64,000 bases of DNA from Phoronis australis (taxonomy: Eukaryota; Animalia; Phoronida), in NCBI GenBank assembly GCA_002633005.1, contig NMRA01000245.1:434001-498000 (forward strand), given 5' to 3'. Of this stretch, positions 25,901 to 39,803 are shown one piece after another. The notes under the pieces were generated by a model. The model was not told where the DNA came from. It saw only the letters and a list, made by a program, of their open reading frames with translations, and searched no databases. Numbering within the stretch: the stretch's first letter is position 1; the number at the start of each line of letters is the position of its first letter. A program made the position numbers and the translations under genes.

Positions 25901-28900
25901 ATAATTGATGGGAGTGACATTTTAAATAAGACTCAACTGCTTTCACATAGGTGTGAGCCAAACTAAATATTCAATAAGATCATTGACGAATGTCGAGATT
26001 CTCATTAGATGTTGAATGATTTTGAAAGTTCATTTAAAGGGATATAATCATTTCCTAAGGCTGAAAAGTGCATTCTGTGATTTGTTTGAATGGAAAATAC
26101 TTAATAAATGACAAAAACCATCGGGTTTTGAGATTTATTACAAAGTCCCAATCCTCGTTGTTGGCGGCCACTGACTCCCTGGAATGAAGCCTGGTGTCAA
26201 ATGACAAAAGTTGTAATAGCCCATTCTGCAAAAGTGGAACATATTTAAACAATTTCTTATGGCATTTTGGAGAACATGTGAATCCAGTCAGCTATTTGTG
26301 AGATTTTGGACAATTTTCGAAGGGTCCTAGATAACTTGGGTAAAATTTTATAACTGCCATCCAGTTGGTATGCTCTGTGGGTTCAAGCAAGCTTGACCAA
26401 TGCAAGAGGTTCACGTAATAAATCAAAAGAAAAAGTTATTAAAAATTTAACACTCCAAAATAGAAAACTATCATTACAATTAATAATTCAATTACGGGAA
26501 AAATCCTCCCAATAGGAACAGTGAAAAACTAATTATTTTGCTAAAGGTCAGAACTAAATGTCCCCAAATTCTACAACTAGGCAATGTTGGCCATCTCAAA
26601 TTCAAGAATCACCAGAAAGACCGCTAAATTATCCAATCTGAAGATTGAAAACACAAGGGCCAAATTTTAAGAAATATGATGAACACCAAAAACACCCTTG
26701 TCCCAAATTTCAGAATGAAGACAATTATTTTCTTGCAGGAGTGTCCATGTCGCAAATTCTAAAGACTACCCAAATCGGAAATTTTTATGGCAGTTTTAGC
26801 ATTACTAATGTTACTATTATCCTTGCATAGTTATGGTACCAATTTAGGAATACAAAATGATTGCTCAATATCTAGAAATAGGTAAAAACTGGCATGCTGG
26901 TGATATTTTTGTAGTGCCAGGGGCTGGAGTCTGTTTTATCATTAGGCCTACAAGGCACTGAAGAAACCGTCTCAATAGAATACATATTTTGTTTTATAAT
27001 CAGAGACGAAACCAGCACACATATTAAGTAATAAACAATTAGCCACTAGGACTCCATTTGCAACTTGGCTTGCATGAATTAACATACAATTTTGCTAAAC
27101 GATCATAACTATAAAGTATTACATTAACTCTCTTTTATCTGCGCTGCTCACTAATGGAGTACGTGCACGTAACATGTTACATTACTAGTCCACAGCACAC
27201 ACTGTGAATTAATCTGCCATTTAAATGAACCAGACTGGTAGACCCATGTCACGCGGTCTTGCACACGGTAAGCACTCTAGATATACGACTCGACTCGGGC
27301 AAGCATCTACAAGCAAGTTTTCACATGGCAAAAGACATTTTTCATCTTGTTTCCTGTTTCAAAGCAATCAAAAAGCAATGGAAGCTAAAACCGCCTCATA
27401 AAAACATGTTGCCAAAAGTAGAGCAGACCTCCCCCCTCCCCGTCAAAAACTGGGATGTCCTGATGACTTAACTGGCTATGAATCAAAATCACTCTGCATG
27501 ACACAACCACTGTCTAATAGCTTTCATCAGTAGATGACTGTAAAGAACTCCCCTGCTAATCATAACCACTCGAGCAAGATTACACACGCTGTCAAAACCA
27601 GGCTGGTCTGAAGACATTCAATATTTCATAAAAATCCGAACATGAGAACTCTTGAGAAAATAGTCATGCGACTTTATTGGATTTTTAAGTGCCAGAACTC
27701 TCAGTTACAAGCGGAGTATTGACACAAGGTTTGTGTAGCTTTCTCATGCCCCATAAAGAACAAACAACAACTGTTTATCAATTACTAAGTATAGCTGTTT
27801 TCAATACACAGGAGTTATGGGTAAGATTCAGGAAATCTCACTAATTGATTTACAGAAAACGGATGATGGCATAATAAATAAATTTGACCTCTTCATTTAA
27901 GGTTACATTGAAGTCTGAATTATAATGATTTACAATACTCCAAACTCTGCCATAAAGCCCACATAATTTCAACTCCAAGCACCAAAACTGTCAATTTGTG
28001 ATGGCTTTGAAGAATTTTGTACGCAATCGCATTTTAGAAAACAGTGCCACCTAGAGAGCATGAAAACAGGTGTCACATCAAAATGTGCTTTTGATAATCA
28101 TGTAAGAGAAAATTTTGAAAGAATTATGAATCAAAATAGATAACCATCTGTACTCATATGACAAGAATTGCCATTACCTGATATTAAAACATTATATTAT
28201 TGCATACCAGGGCATAACTTTTATAGAACTGTTCCCTCGATTTCAAAGTCATGTATCAAAAATCGGTGATCCCTTTAAGAAATGAGCGCATGTGTACTGG
28301 TAGAGTTCTGGCTGTATTAGTATCCCTCAAACCACATTGTACTTACACTGTACAGCAGTGGAATTTCTAGTATACTCAGGGTTGTGCTGAACAAAGCTAT
28401 TTTACATGACTATATCTATCAGTTATTCTCCCTGTAAACAACCAGAGTCTCCCAATGGGCCTTTGAAGGTGCCCAGCCAAGCATCCAGGCTAGAACCAAC
28501 TCTGTAATTCACAGCTTTCCCATAAATAAAATATTTACAAGGATCTGTTATTTTGCCGGCATAAGTTATTTATATCTGTCTATTAAATGAAATGATAGGG
28601 CAAAACACGCACAAAGCAATATCATTAAATCACGACGACTTCTTAAATATTCCAGGCCTTCAGGAACACGTGAATTCGGAAATGAAATCTGTTCAAAATT
28701 GCATTGATAGCATAAAATCCAATCAACACTTTCAAGTGCTTTTATGGCGCATATCTGTGGCCTATTCCACGAAACGTGACTATGGCAAGATTTTTACCGG
28801 TAGTCAGAAATTTGGTCTAGCGCTCATCACAACCACGTCTGAAAAATAATTAAATCTTAATTGAGTTGAAAGTGCAAAGACTGACAATATAAGCATAACT

Positions 28901-31900
28901 GCTCGTAACGCGAGTAAAACTTTATTCAAAAGTGCAAAGACTCGGACAATATACACATAACTTCTGGTAATTATTCAACAATTGGGATGTGGGAACGTCA
29001 GACCAAATCTCTGTCTTCAAGTCTCAAGTCATTTTTCATCGTTTGGCTGAATGCCAACCCAGAATGTACACTACAAAGAGCAAATAGCTACCGCAAATAT
29101 TACTGACTATTTCCAGAAATCTATGTGATGTGATACTTATTTGCAGCGATTTCTTCAATATTTTATTGTCTAATGTAATTTACAGGAGATGCTCAACACG
29201 CGTTTGGTTACAGCGGAGAAACTGGTAAGTTGCTATGTTTACCCAACACGGAGTAACCATTGTCACAGCACCATCTATACGGAAACAAGGCCCTGAAAAT
29301 GATGATGGACGTCACACTTGGAATTCCGTTGTGGGTATCAGTGTGCATGTCTTGCCTTAGATGTTTGTTGTATAGACAAAAACTTGTGTGGAATGCATCG
29401 ACTTATGATAAAAATTCTCCAATTAAGGACAGTCTCTAGAATTTGAGACACAGAAGTTCCCAAAAAAAATCAAATTTTCTTGACTTTGGTGTAAAAGATA
29501 CTAATCGGACAACGTGTTTTCAATCTACAAATTGGGTAATTTTGTCATCATTCCAGTGATTTTTGGATTGGCTACTCCTAGAATTTGGGACAAGCTCCGA
29601 CCTTGAGCAAGTAAACTTTTCACTGTCTCAAATTAGAGAATTTGTTGTTTCATGTGTTCCCGTTGTTGCAACAGCAAACCATAAAGGCATTTCTAACTAG
29701 ATGGAGCTGCATACTGATGCATTTCTTAACATCATCAAATCAACGTGCTATTTTCAAACCAATCCAAATGTCCGAATTTTACTTCGTTGGGTAAAACAAA
29801 TGGGGGGCAGGCAGGTCCACGACCAGAGGGGATCTAAGCTGCACTTGCTTGATATTTTCTTGAAATTTTCTGATACAGGTAAATTTCAATTGTGAGTCAG
29901 GAGTGTTATTGTGCACAATGCTTTTTGGATGATCAAGTTACTAGTTAACATGCAAAAATGCCTGATAAAACCCCCATGGTTTAGGTGTTACATTTCAAAT
30001 ACTGCATCTTTTGTTCAAACTCATTACACAAATGTCACTATAACAAAATACAACATTACGTAATTCATGCTGAATCCAGGAACAAGTTCAGAGGGAGTGG
30101 CCATATTCAGATGCAATCGGCACTTCATAGTCCTTCACGATAACAAGTCAAAAAGCAGAAACCAAGGAGGGAGGGCTAGGGGCGAGGGGGGAAGGTGTCC
30201 AGTCCTCTCATGGCCTAATCTAGTGTTTACAGACCTTGCCAGACAAAGACTAGGCTTGGCAAGGTGCTTTTCTACCGAAGCCAAACAGCAAGTCAAGCTT
30301 ATTCATAAAGGTATACAAAGAGTTCACTAAGCATGTCGGTCTTTGTTAGAAATTATTGGGCATGTAAAGATTTCCATCTCATTAGGTTTATTGCTTTGGA
30401 AACAAAGGTACGGTAATGCTCTGTCTGCAGGTGTCTGGGTGAGTGGGGTGTAATTTTTAAATGCAACATATAAGTCATTTGGTGGGGTACCTGATCACTC
30501 ACTGATTCATACTATTTCAGGTCCCAACAACTGGAGCAAAAAGTACTCTACAACATGTGCTGGATTCAGTCAATCACCAATCGATATTCTACCGTTATAT
30601 ACAGAGTACAACTCTAAACTGACGCCTCTCTATGTGTCCAACAGAACACCAAAGAACAACTGGCAGTTTTTGCTCAGTAACACTGGGAATACAGGTATAT
30701 AGCTGAGAAATACACGGCACTTACAGACATTAAAGTTTTACATCTCTTTAAGTTCCTAACATTTACCAAGCCAAACAATTCAGGTAGGGCCTTATTGATA
30801 AGTCTGTCCATTTCTAAGCCTAATATCTACAAAACAGTAGAAATCTAAGAAACCGCGCAACCTCGTTTTGGAAATCAGGCACATTTTTGTGTCTCTCATT
30901 TATGTCGGGAAGGCGATCATTTTCAGATCACGCATCCACGGGTATTTGTCCAATTTATCCAACTTTTTCATGTCAGAGTTGCAGCCCACAGCACAGCAGT
31001 AATATTTCGGAGGCATTGGAAGGACAAATAGAGTGATGCAATGGAGAAAAACTTGTAAAGGGAATCGGACAACAACAAATAACATGTGAAACTCCAATGG
31101 CACGAAAATGAGGCAGCAAATGTGCTTGCGCTGACCGATGTTTACTGTATTGTGAGTAAATACAGCGAAATTCGAGAGTTGCTGTGTAACCTGGGACGGT
31201 CGTAGTAGTCCATTTTAAATTAATTTGAAATAAATCGGTCCAGCGCCATTTCTTTAGTTTGTTGTGGTCAACAAATTTCATCATACAAACAACATTACTG
31301 ATGTTTCAACACCATTAACCTTCATTTCATCTTTCTTAATCCTCAGCCATGGTAGAGCTTGATGGAGACTTGATCCTCAGTGGGGGAAACCTACCCAGCA
31401 AATTCAAGGTGGTTCAGTTCCACTTTCATTGGGGTTCCACCAATGACCATGGCTCAGAACATCTCATAGATGGCAAAGCAGCCCCACTGGAGGTATGTAC
31501 AGCTGTTAGGTAATTCAATACATGAACAATTGTCTTGTCTAAATGAACTTTTATTTTCTATTCCAACTATGCTAAAAACTGTTAAATTAGTAAAAGAAAT
31601 TGGTAAAAAACAATTTTGTACTTTTTGTTTCATGAAGAAGTTGGATAAGTTTGTGCATTGCAAGAAAAATCTTGTGCGTAAATGAAACTGTACATGAACA
31701 TGAGAAAAACAACGCTACTTTTGATGGTGCACTGCTAGTGGTTTGAGTCCCCCCTTTTTCAGACAAGGCACTTCTGTAATTAGAATGATAACTTTCTAAC
31801 TTTAATTTACACACATGCAAAAGGGTCAGTAAGAGGCATTATACAATTTATGGCAAAGAATGACCATATTTTTACTAACATCAATTTTCTCTAAAAAGCA

Positions 31901-34900
31901 ACAACATTTTGGGTCATTGGTGATGAAACAAACAATAGCTACTGGCACAAATGACAGACTGCTGTCTGAATAAAACGCAAGCACAAAAATCACTTTTAAT
32001 CGGAGAAAGGAACATTAGTCGACCAATTTTACAGCACTAAGTGGTATAATTAAATTTTTTGCCTCTTGGACTTAACGCGGCTTCACAGCCGTTTCAAATG
32101 ACATTTCCAAGAAATCACAAGATTTCCTGAAAACTGCTAGTTGGCTGAACAAGGTGTAACAGTAAACTGAATGGAAAGAACTGAGAATGATTAATGCAAA
32201 ATGCATGATTTACCAGATTATTAACCAACAGTATACGCTCTAAGGCAAGCGTATTGAATGATTGGGAAGAGATTCATGATTATGCTGGTAAATGAATTAA
32301 AGGTCTAAATGCACTCACATGCATAAATATTTCACTAGTGATGAATGTCTCAATTATAGACTTAGTCACCAAATTTTGAACTATTAAAAAATCATGAGCA
32401 CTTTTGAACTGTAAGCACATTAAATAAACATCAAAATCTCAACAAATACCAATGAACTGTAATCCTTTGAGGAGACACTGAGGAGTGCAACCGGAACAAA
32501 ACAAGCAGTTGTGGTCGACTTCACTGAACCAGAACGATTTTTTATGATTAAGTGACCACCCTGATTTATACAAAATGGTTAAACTTTCAGGCAAAATGAT
32601 CCAGAGATAAAAGCTTCAATGTTTTTTAAGAAATAGAAACTGTATCAAAACTGAAACAAGGGCAGAACAAAGCAATGTATACGCAATGGTATATGAATTA
32701 CGACGGTACTCTCCAGAAGAGAACAAAATTAATTTAAAGCGAAGCACTGATATTTAACTAGCATTGTCACTTGCAACTGAGAGTAACCATGGGTCAGTTC
32801 AAAGCATTAACTGCATTAAAAGGAGTGATCTACAAATTACAATACCAGAGAATGGTGAAAACGAAAAAATGTAACGTGCAGAGCCTGAACAGTTTTTTGA
32901 AGGGAAGGTGAAAAGGCTATTCCGAAAGGTATGGAATTATTACACTATAACGATTGATTTTCACTTCCAGAGGTACAAAACAGCATTAGTTCTAAAAATT
33001 GTAAGAAAGTTTGGTGAATTTGCAGCTGCTGGACTGTCAGGTTGGTTTCTCATGCTCGAGAGATTTTGTAAAGTCAACTATAACAAAAACTCCCCGAAAG
33101 TTTGATGAAAGCTGAAACTCACATTTATCACTTTTCCCCGTATCCCCTTCAAATACAAAAAGTTAGATCATACAACTACCAAAATGGGTGGACAAAACCT
33201 CAAAGGTACTGCACTTTATAAAGAGGGGATTCGTTCACAATGGCAATGCACACACCTAGACCTGCATTTCAACCTTCAGCTTGTAAAACAAAACAAATTA
33301 GTCATTATAGTGACTCCATTACTGTTACCAACAAGAACATTGAAACCATCGATGACTCAAGAAACGCTTCAGAATTTACTCGGGTTAGCCAACCTTAAAA
33401 TTGCAAATTCGAAACTGGCTCTTGTACGCATTGTCAGTGATTTGAGCTCCTGGCGTATTCAACAACAATTTGAAATGGAATGAGAGAAGCAATGTTTTTA
33501 AACTCAAAGTGCTTCAGTTAACAATTCAACATTGATTTCTATACAGGGACAAAAAGCCCATTTAACAAGCTGCATGAGTTTAGGTATCCTGCTGACTGAC
33601 ACGTGGTATAGTACAACTAATTAAATACCTAGTACATAACCTGGCGGCATTAATTGAAAGGACACAATGGCATAACTTTAGTATGCAACCGGACCACCTT
33701 TTCAATTCGTGGAGAAAAATAATTCAAAACTTGTGACTTTTGAATGTTTTTCAATAAGATTCATATAATGAGAAAATTGTTGAGACCCTTTTATAAACCA
33801 CTTGCCCTGTCCAATTAAGCTGAGCACAGCCATAGTTTACCAGCTGGCTAGATGCTGTGCATGTGATCTGAGCCATGAATAATGAAGTGTATGACAAATA
33901 GGATAGTGATGACATCCTGATGGGATGGTGAAAGGTCCCTCAATCGCAAATTTGCAAGATCCACGTTCAATAGCCGGCCTGGGAATAATCATTAAAATTC
34001 TACCATTCAATATATTGATTGGAAATTAAATAAGCCCCATGACAGGATAGCAAACATGTCACGCACATCTCTATAGATCACGTCGACTGTCACACCCTTG
34101 AAGTTAGTCTGTCATTAATCATGATGTTGTTCCCATAGGCCGCAACTCTCACTCACCTACGTCAATATTGATGTACGATGAAAATTCTCCAGTTTCGGAC
34201 ACTTAAATTCCATTCAAGCTAAATTTGGAAGTGGGTAGTTTTGGCAGTCATCATATTTCCCACATATCGGACACTGCATTCTGTATCAACAAAGTTGGAG
34301 AAAAAATCGACGAAAATAGCTGGCAATGCAAAATTCGTCTTCCTTGTGATTCTTAAATTTGGTACGACCAGTTCTGCCTATTTCTAAAACTCAACTTAAG
34401 CTCCGATCTTTAGCAAATTAATTTCTCACTGTCCCAAACTGGAGAATTTTCAATGTCACAAAATGTTGAAGTGAATAATATAATAAATTTCAGACTGCCT
34501 TAAACAGTCAAAGTAAATTTTAAAGGTTAAAATCATCACATCCTAAAATTTCCGGGAAATTTGTCGTGTGACCTGAACTCCTCGCTTGAAAAGAACAATG
34601 AATTTGACAAGACGTGACTGATTGTGGAACTGAGACGCTGAATAGGATGTTGGTTCCTCATCCGTTATACCTGTAGACAAAATCCTCCAATCATGGAGTG
34701 GTTCCATCCACACACAGTTGTACCATTCCCCTGGACTGTTAAAACCAAGAAATTTCCAAAATCAGGATCTGATCTAGAATCGCGTCCAATTAAACTTGAC
34801 AAACAAGCATATTGTGTTGGTAAGCGGGTCTAAGCTTACAGTCACACAAAGGAATCAGCAGTTGAAAATTAAGTCTAATTTCTCTAAAAGCCAACCGTTT

Positions 34901-37900
34901 TTTTCATTCAAAGCTTTTTGGTGATAGTACTTCATAAAAATCATATTTTTCACGACATTGGTTGAATGTCATGTGGAAATAATATTTTTTAAATATCGGT
35001 TATCGTCAGGTGTGTTGTTTACAACGCAATTGCTGGCTTACTCGAATTTATCAGATGAATGCAGACAATGAGAGAACTGGACTATGTAAACATTGGTTTT
35101 CCAACTTTCTCTCCTTGCTATCATCACTGTCAAACTGATAACGACATGGCTGTATCCCAAGTTCCCAATCTGAAAAATCGGAAACTCACCCCACAGCGTG
35201 GCAGCGTAACGAACTAGTGAACTGCTCAGATAGAGGCTCCTTAACCCACTGTCAGATTCACGTTTGTGTCGACTATTAATGATGCGAAACCTTGTTGTGT
35301 TCTATTTTAGTGAGTTGGTTTTGGAACAACACCACAAAGAGAAAAAACCCTGAACAATTAATAAAACAGCCCCCCCTCGGAGTCTGAGTTATCCTTAAAG
35401 TTGCATGTCATTTCAGATGCACGTCGTGTCCTATGACTACATCCAGTACAAGTCACTTGAGGAAGCAGCACGGTTCAAGAATGCTTTAGCAGTACTTGCA
35501 ATACAGTTCCAGGTGGAGAGACTAATTTAGATTTAAGCCCCTCATCAAACTGAAATTGGTCTTGTCTCGTTTCTTACTGAGTTTAGAAGTCATCTATGGA
35601 CATTGGAAGAAATGACAGTTCCTTATTTCTCAGATCAAGGTCATGAAATTTCAGGTCATAAAATTTCGGGTCATGTCATGAGCTTTGTTTGAAGATTCAA
35701 CAATCAATGCCATTCATTTCTAAGCTCAGGAATAACTGGAGACAATTTTCATAACGATAAGTGGCCTAAACAAAATTTTTTTGACAGAACGCAGGTGTTT
35801 AATACCGCTTTTACAAATAATGTGCTATTTAATTCTGATTATAACCAAATTTTTTTGAGCAAGCATATCATGAAAGTTTAGAGTAAACTTCATTTATCAT
35901 TTTATTACACGATTGATACGGTAAAGTGTCCATAATTTCAAACAAAATAATGGCCAAAATTGTCACTTTTATTTTTTTAAACGCTCACTGTACTGCCAAA
36001 ACAGTTGAAAATTCCAGTGGTAACATGCATGAAGAAGTATATTGTCATAAACAGTGACTTGATACAACTACAGTAATTTTCACTTATTTCACTACACAAC
36101 ATGGTGGACAAGTGAAATTTTAGATTGTCAAATTTCTTCACAAAAATAAAGATTAAGAAAATTTTAGTCTATTAGTAGCATGGTGTGTAGATGTCATAAA
36201 ACAGCATTTGACAAAACTTCCATTATTTTTAACAAAGTAATCAACCTTAATTGGAAAATGGAAAATGACAATTTTGGCAATTATTTCTGCGCAAAATAAG
36301 TGGAAAATTACCACAGACATTGAATCGTGCTGATCAGTTTGTTATTTTCATGGAAACGTAATTTCAAGGCCATGAGTGCTTGATAGCAGATGACATCGCA
36401 ATACAAATATTCAGAATATTAATGAAGAATGGGTGATGACTTATCATAATGAAACCTTACATATTTTCAGATAAGCAGAAAAAACAACACAAGTCTGCAG
36501 AAGATAACGGATAATCTGCGTGAGATAAAGTGGGCAAATCGACGTAGGTAACCGTTCTGTTATCTACGAGTCATTTATAATGTTGCACAACAGATCTATG
36601 CAATGATATTGCAGCATACTGCATTATCTGAAAAGAGCCCAAATCTGAATAATGAGAAGTTTCCCCCCCGTTAAAAGTCTAATGACCAATGAAAAGTTTC
36701 GTTTCATCACCACTGTCATGGAATAACCCACACAGTTAATAAACACACGAGAAATTGTAAAGTGATGGAAGCAAAAATCGACACCACATGAATCTGTCAT
36801 TAACATTGACTACCCACTTGGATCAACTCATTATCCATTGACTTCAGACAACTCACTTTCATATCTTTTGTGTTGCTTATAGCTCAAGTTTAATTGGGAG
36901 AAGATAATTGAGCCAGACTACTGTCCCTGTCAGCAGCTGAAGTTAACTTAATTTTGACATGCATAAACAAATTTTTATGATTCGAATACCGGTTTTGTTA
37001 ACTTTTTTGTGTTCTACGTATATCATTAGTTTTTAAATTTTGTAATTTTTCAAAAGGCTGTTTGATAGGCATATTTGTTTATTACATTTTTTCACCTTGC
37101 TCTCCATGCTCAACCATGCCTGTGAACACAGTATGAAAGATAATCACTGAGCGATTTTAAGTCCATATCCCTCAGGCCTTGTGGTAGTGGCCAGGGTATC
37201 TGGACCTCGCATGTTCATTACCAGACATAAAAGTCAGTGTAATTAACAAATCCATGTAATAAAACCTCTGCTCACAGAGATCTGATTGAACTGCAGACTC
37301 ATGGCTAAACCAGCTTAGTAAAAGGGATGATATTTTAGAGAAGTTAGATTCAAATGTCCTTAGTTGGTGATAATAATAACAAAAGTATTAGCAATGAAAA
37401 CCATACTGCAATATGACCAGGATGCAATGTTATGAACTTCGGGGACTCAACTGGACTCCTTGATTTTACCGATTTAGAACAGGCTCAAGTCTATGACATG
37501 AGAGAAAGTGAAAACAAATAAATTACTAATCAGTTTGGCAACTGTTATCTCAACATGATCAGCTGAATAGGAAGGTCATGAAAAACTTGCAGTTTGCTCA
37601 GGAATCTCTCAACTCTCTCAAGTAGGGAGCCGGCTACAAGAGAAAATCTATCGCAGCAAAAGTGTGTTATGAATATTGATATTGGTACACCAATAAACAT
37701 AATATACTAGTACAGATGGAGACATCTTTTGGATTGAAAAGACAATTACCCCTAACCTTTCTATATTGCCACTACAGATAACCATACAATATAAATGCAA
37801 ATCCATCAAGGCATGCTGGTCCCTACATCAAGCTATTGCATATTCAAGGCTAAAAATTCATTGATACATACTTACGAGGAATTAAGTGATCACACTGACG

Positions 37901-39803
37901 TAACCGAATAATGTTTGTTGATTGTTTTGCATTAAAAATGACTGTTGAATGACCAGATGAAAAAGATATCTTTCTTATAATGTAGTTGGTTGATTCTTTG
38001 CCCATTCCGAGCATTTCCCGAATCTCATCGTAATGTTAAGCTCTGCCTCGGTTATTATCATATTTTTGGGGTCTGAAAACCAACATATTGCCTTGGTGCA
38101 AGTCAATAGTTGTACTACTATCATCTATAGCAAACATAGCACTGAATCTAAACATGTGTTTGCTCTGATTTGACCTGAATTCTTTATTAGTATGACCTGA
38201 TGTGTTATTGAACGCACTGTTTGTCTGTTGTTTAGGCGAAAAGTTGGTTCTCCCCTATCTAACCTTGGAAGACATCATCCCGTCAGCAAGAAAAGCCTAT
38301 TACCGCTACCATGGGTCGCTGACATCACCACCATGCACTGAGAATGTCATTTGGACTGTGCTTAAGAACAAGGAAAAGATCTCACAGAAACAGGTACCTA
38401 AAATACTAAAAAAGGAACTAAAAACCTGTTTTGCTGATAGCACCAAAACAAAACGTTTTTAGTTCTTCTAAGTGATGGCCACATCACTCAAGTAAAGCAC
38501 ACTTTTATGGGCCTTTCATACTAATGTTGATGTTTTGAGGCGTTGCGGTCAGTATGAACGCTTAACTTCAGTCCTGGATCGAAGTTAACAGCGCCAGTTA
38601 ACTTCGCACTAAACGGGTGGATTTAAGAGCGGAGCATCGATGCTGCGGTGCAGTATGAACGGTCAACTTCGGTCCGATTGAAGTTATCACCAGGTGCTAC
38701 TGTTATCGTCAACAGTTACAGGGTAGTGTCATCGCTAATAGTTGTGTATATTTTGCACTAATTATCACCAATCAAATTAAAAATAAGTTTTATGTCAATT
38801 AGCACACGTAAATGTTCCCAAATTGTCACATTAAAAAATCTTAGCGTGCAGCGCTACCTTGCGATTACTTCGATGGCAACAGCGTCACCTACCATTTACT
38901 TTGATCTCGGTTAACTACTGAAGCCAGTATGAATGGTTTAGTTAACTTCGCAGTTTACGTCGACGCTTCGCTCAGACGGGAGTTTAAGTCAGTATGAAAG
39001 GCCTATATTGCGTCAGGCAATGAAATGGACCACAACTGTTGATAGATAACAAGCCAAAAACCTTGGTCACCCAAACTTTACTCCAAACTTTTGAGGATGT
39101 ATGAAGGTTACATTGTGCTAGTTTGAATAAAAAAACCTAGTACTATCATGACAGAGGGGCTTGATATACCTTTTTAACTCATGAACAATAAAGGCGGTCA
39201 CATTTTGTCTCCAGAAAATATCAAACACAACAATTTCTTTAAAACTATTAAAATGACAATTTATGTGTCAGACAAAACGTTTCTTCTTTTAAATCCAAAC
39301 AGTTTTTGTGAAACGAAAATATTGCTCTTGTGATTCTGGTTCAAGATACTAAGCAAAATCTTTGAAAATCAGGAGGTTAAGTAAAAACATGTAATGCACT
39401 ACACAAAGGTTCATTTCAATAACAATAACTAAGATACTGAGCAGAAATAAGAAAACAGTCCCTATTTGAAGACAAGCAAAACAACAGCCACCAGTCAGTA
39501 AAACACTATAGATTATATTGTCAAGTGCTAAAGGTGAAAATGACTAAAAAAACTCTCCTACAGTTACAGATGTTCCGGCAACTGGCAAGAATGGACGACA
39601 CAAATCTCACTGATAACTTCCGTCCACCTCAAGAGCTAAATGGACGGACCGTGTTCACCAGTTTTGAAATAGACAAGAGACTCTGGCAACCGCTGGCAAA
39701 GAGCATTGAAAAGGCGTCAAACGCTGGCGCAAGAACGAGGCCACATAAACTCTTAATGAGTGGTTGGCTTTTGCCAGTTGTAATGCGTACTGTTTTCACG
39801 TGA
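22828..39803 (+). CDS. Alpha-carbonic anhydrase, secreted/GPI-anchored type (CA4-like), 8 exons, 332 aa
   Basis: Exons 22828-22900, 29186-29224, 30521-30694, 31347-31492, 35417-35512, 36471-36543, 38236-38393, 39564-39803 sum to 999 nt in frame. Motifs: QSPIDI, QFHFHWG, GSEH, EMHVV, LAVLA, YYRYHGSLTSPPC, NFRPPQELNGR. Confidence 0.93.
29186..29224 (+). CDS. CA exon 2 (GDAQHAFGYSGET)
   Basis: ttacag| acceptor, G|gtaagt donor, 39 nt; (W/F)xY..G motif of the alpha-CA N-terminus. Confidence 0.85.
30521..30694 (+). CDS. CA exon 3 (GPNNWSKKYSTTCAGFSQSPIDI...NTGNT)
   Basis: tttcag| acceptor, CAG|gtatat donor, 174 nt; GP..W, Cys and QSPIDI motifs. Confidence 0.93.
30900..31016 (-). pseudogene. THAP-domain N-terminal remnant in CA intron 3 (MPPKYYCCAVGCNSD...KYPW...FPT*)
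   Basis: C-x4-C plus FP motif, followed by a stop; homologous to 52947-53150. Confidence 0.6.
31347..31492 (+). CDS. CA exon 4 (QFHFHWG...GSEH...PLE; Zn ligands H94/H96)
   Basis: cctcag| acceptor, GAG|gtatgt donor, 146 nt. Confidence 0.96.
35417..35512 (+). CDS. CA exon 5 (MHVV...LAVLAIQFQ; Zn ligand H119)
   Basis: tttcag| acceptor, CAG|gtggag donor, 96 nt. Confidence 0.92.
36471..36543 (+). CDS. CA exon 6 (ISRKNNTSLQKITDNLREIKWANR)
   Basis: ttttcag| acceptor; the C|gtaggt donor gives the phase 1 needed by the next exon. Confidence 0.82.
38236..38393 (+). CDS. CA exon 7 (YYRYHGSLTSPPCTENVIWTV)
   Basis: tttag| acceptor, CAG|gtacct donor, 158 nt; GSLT(T/S)PPC signature. Confidence 0.96.
38509..39003. 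mobile_element. PIF/Harbinger-like MITE in the last CA intron
   Basis: TIR GGCCTTTCATACT / AGTATGAAAGGCC, TAT on both flanks, repeated internal CAGTATGAA and TAACTTC/GAAGTTA motifs. Confidence 0.7.
39564..39803 (+). CDS. CA last exon (LQMFRQL...NFRPPQELNGRTV...hydrophobic tail, TGA)
   Basis: ctcctacag| acceptor (a second in-frame CAG lies 6 nt downstream); NFRP.Q.LNGR motif; stop at 39801-39803. Confidence 0.92.
   Translation, partial: LQMFRQLARMDDTNLTDNFRPPQELNGRTVFTSFEIDKRLWQPLAKSIEKASNAGARTRPHKLLMSGWLLPVVMRTVFT

Noticed and set aside
32400-33483. Purine-rich stretch reading like a decayed ORF in CA intron 4
   Set aside because: Multiple stops and no identifiable RT or transposase motif; it would need blastx to assign.
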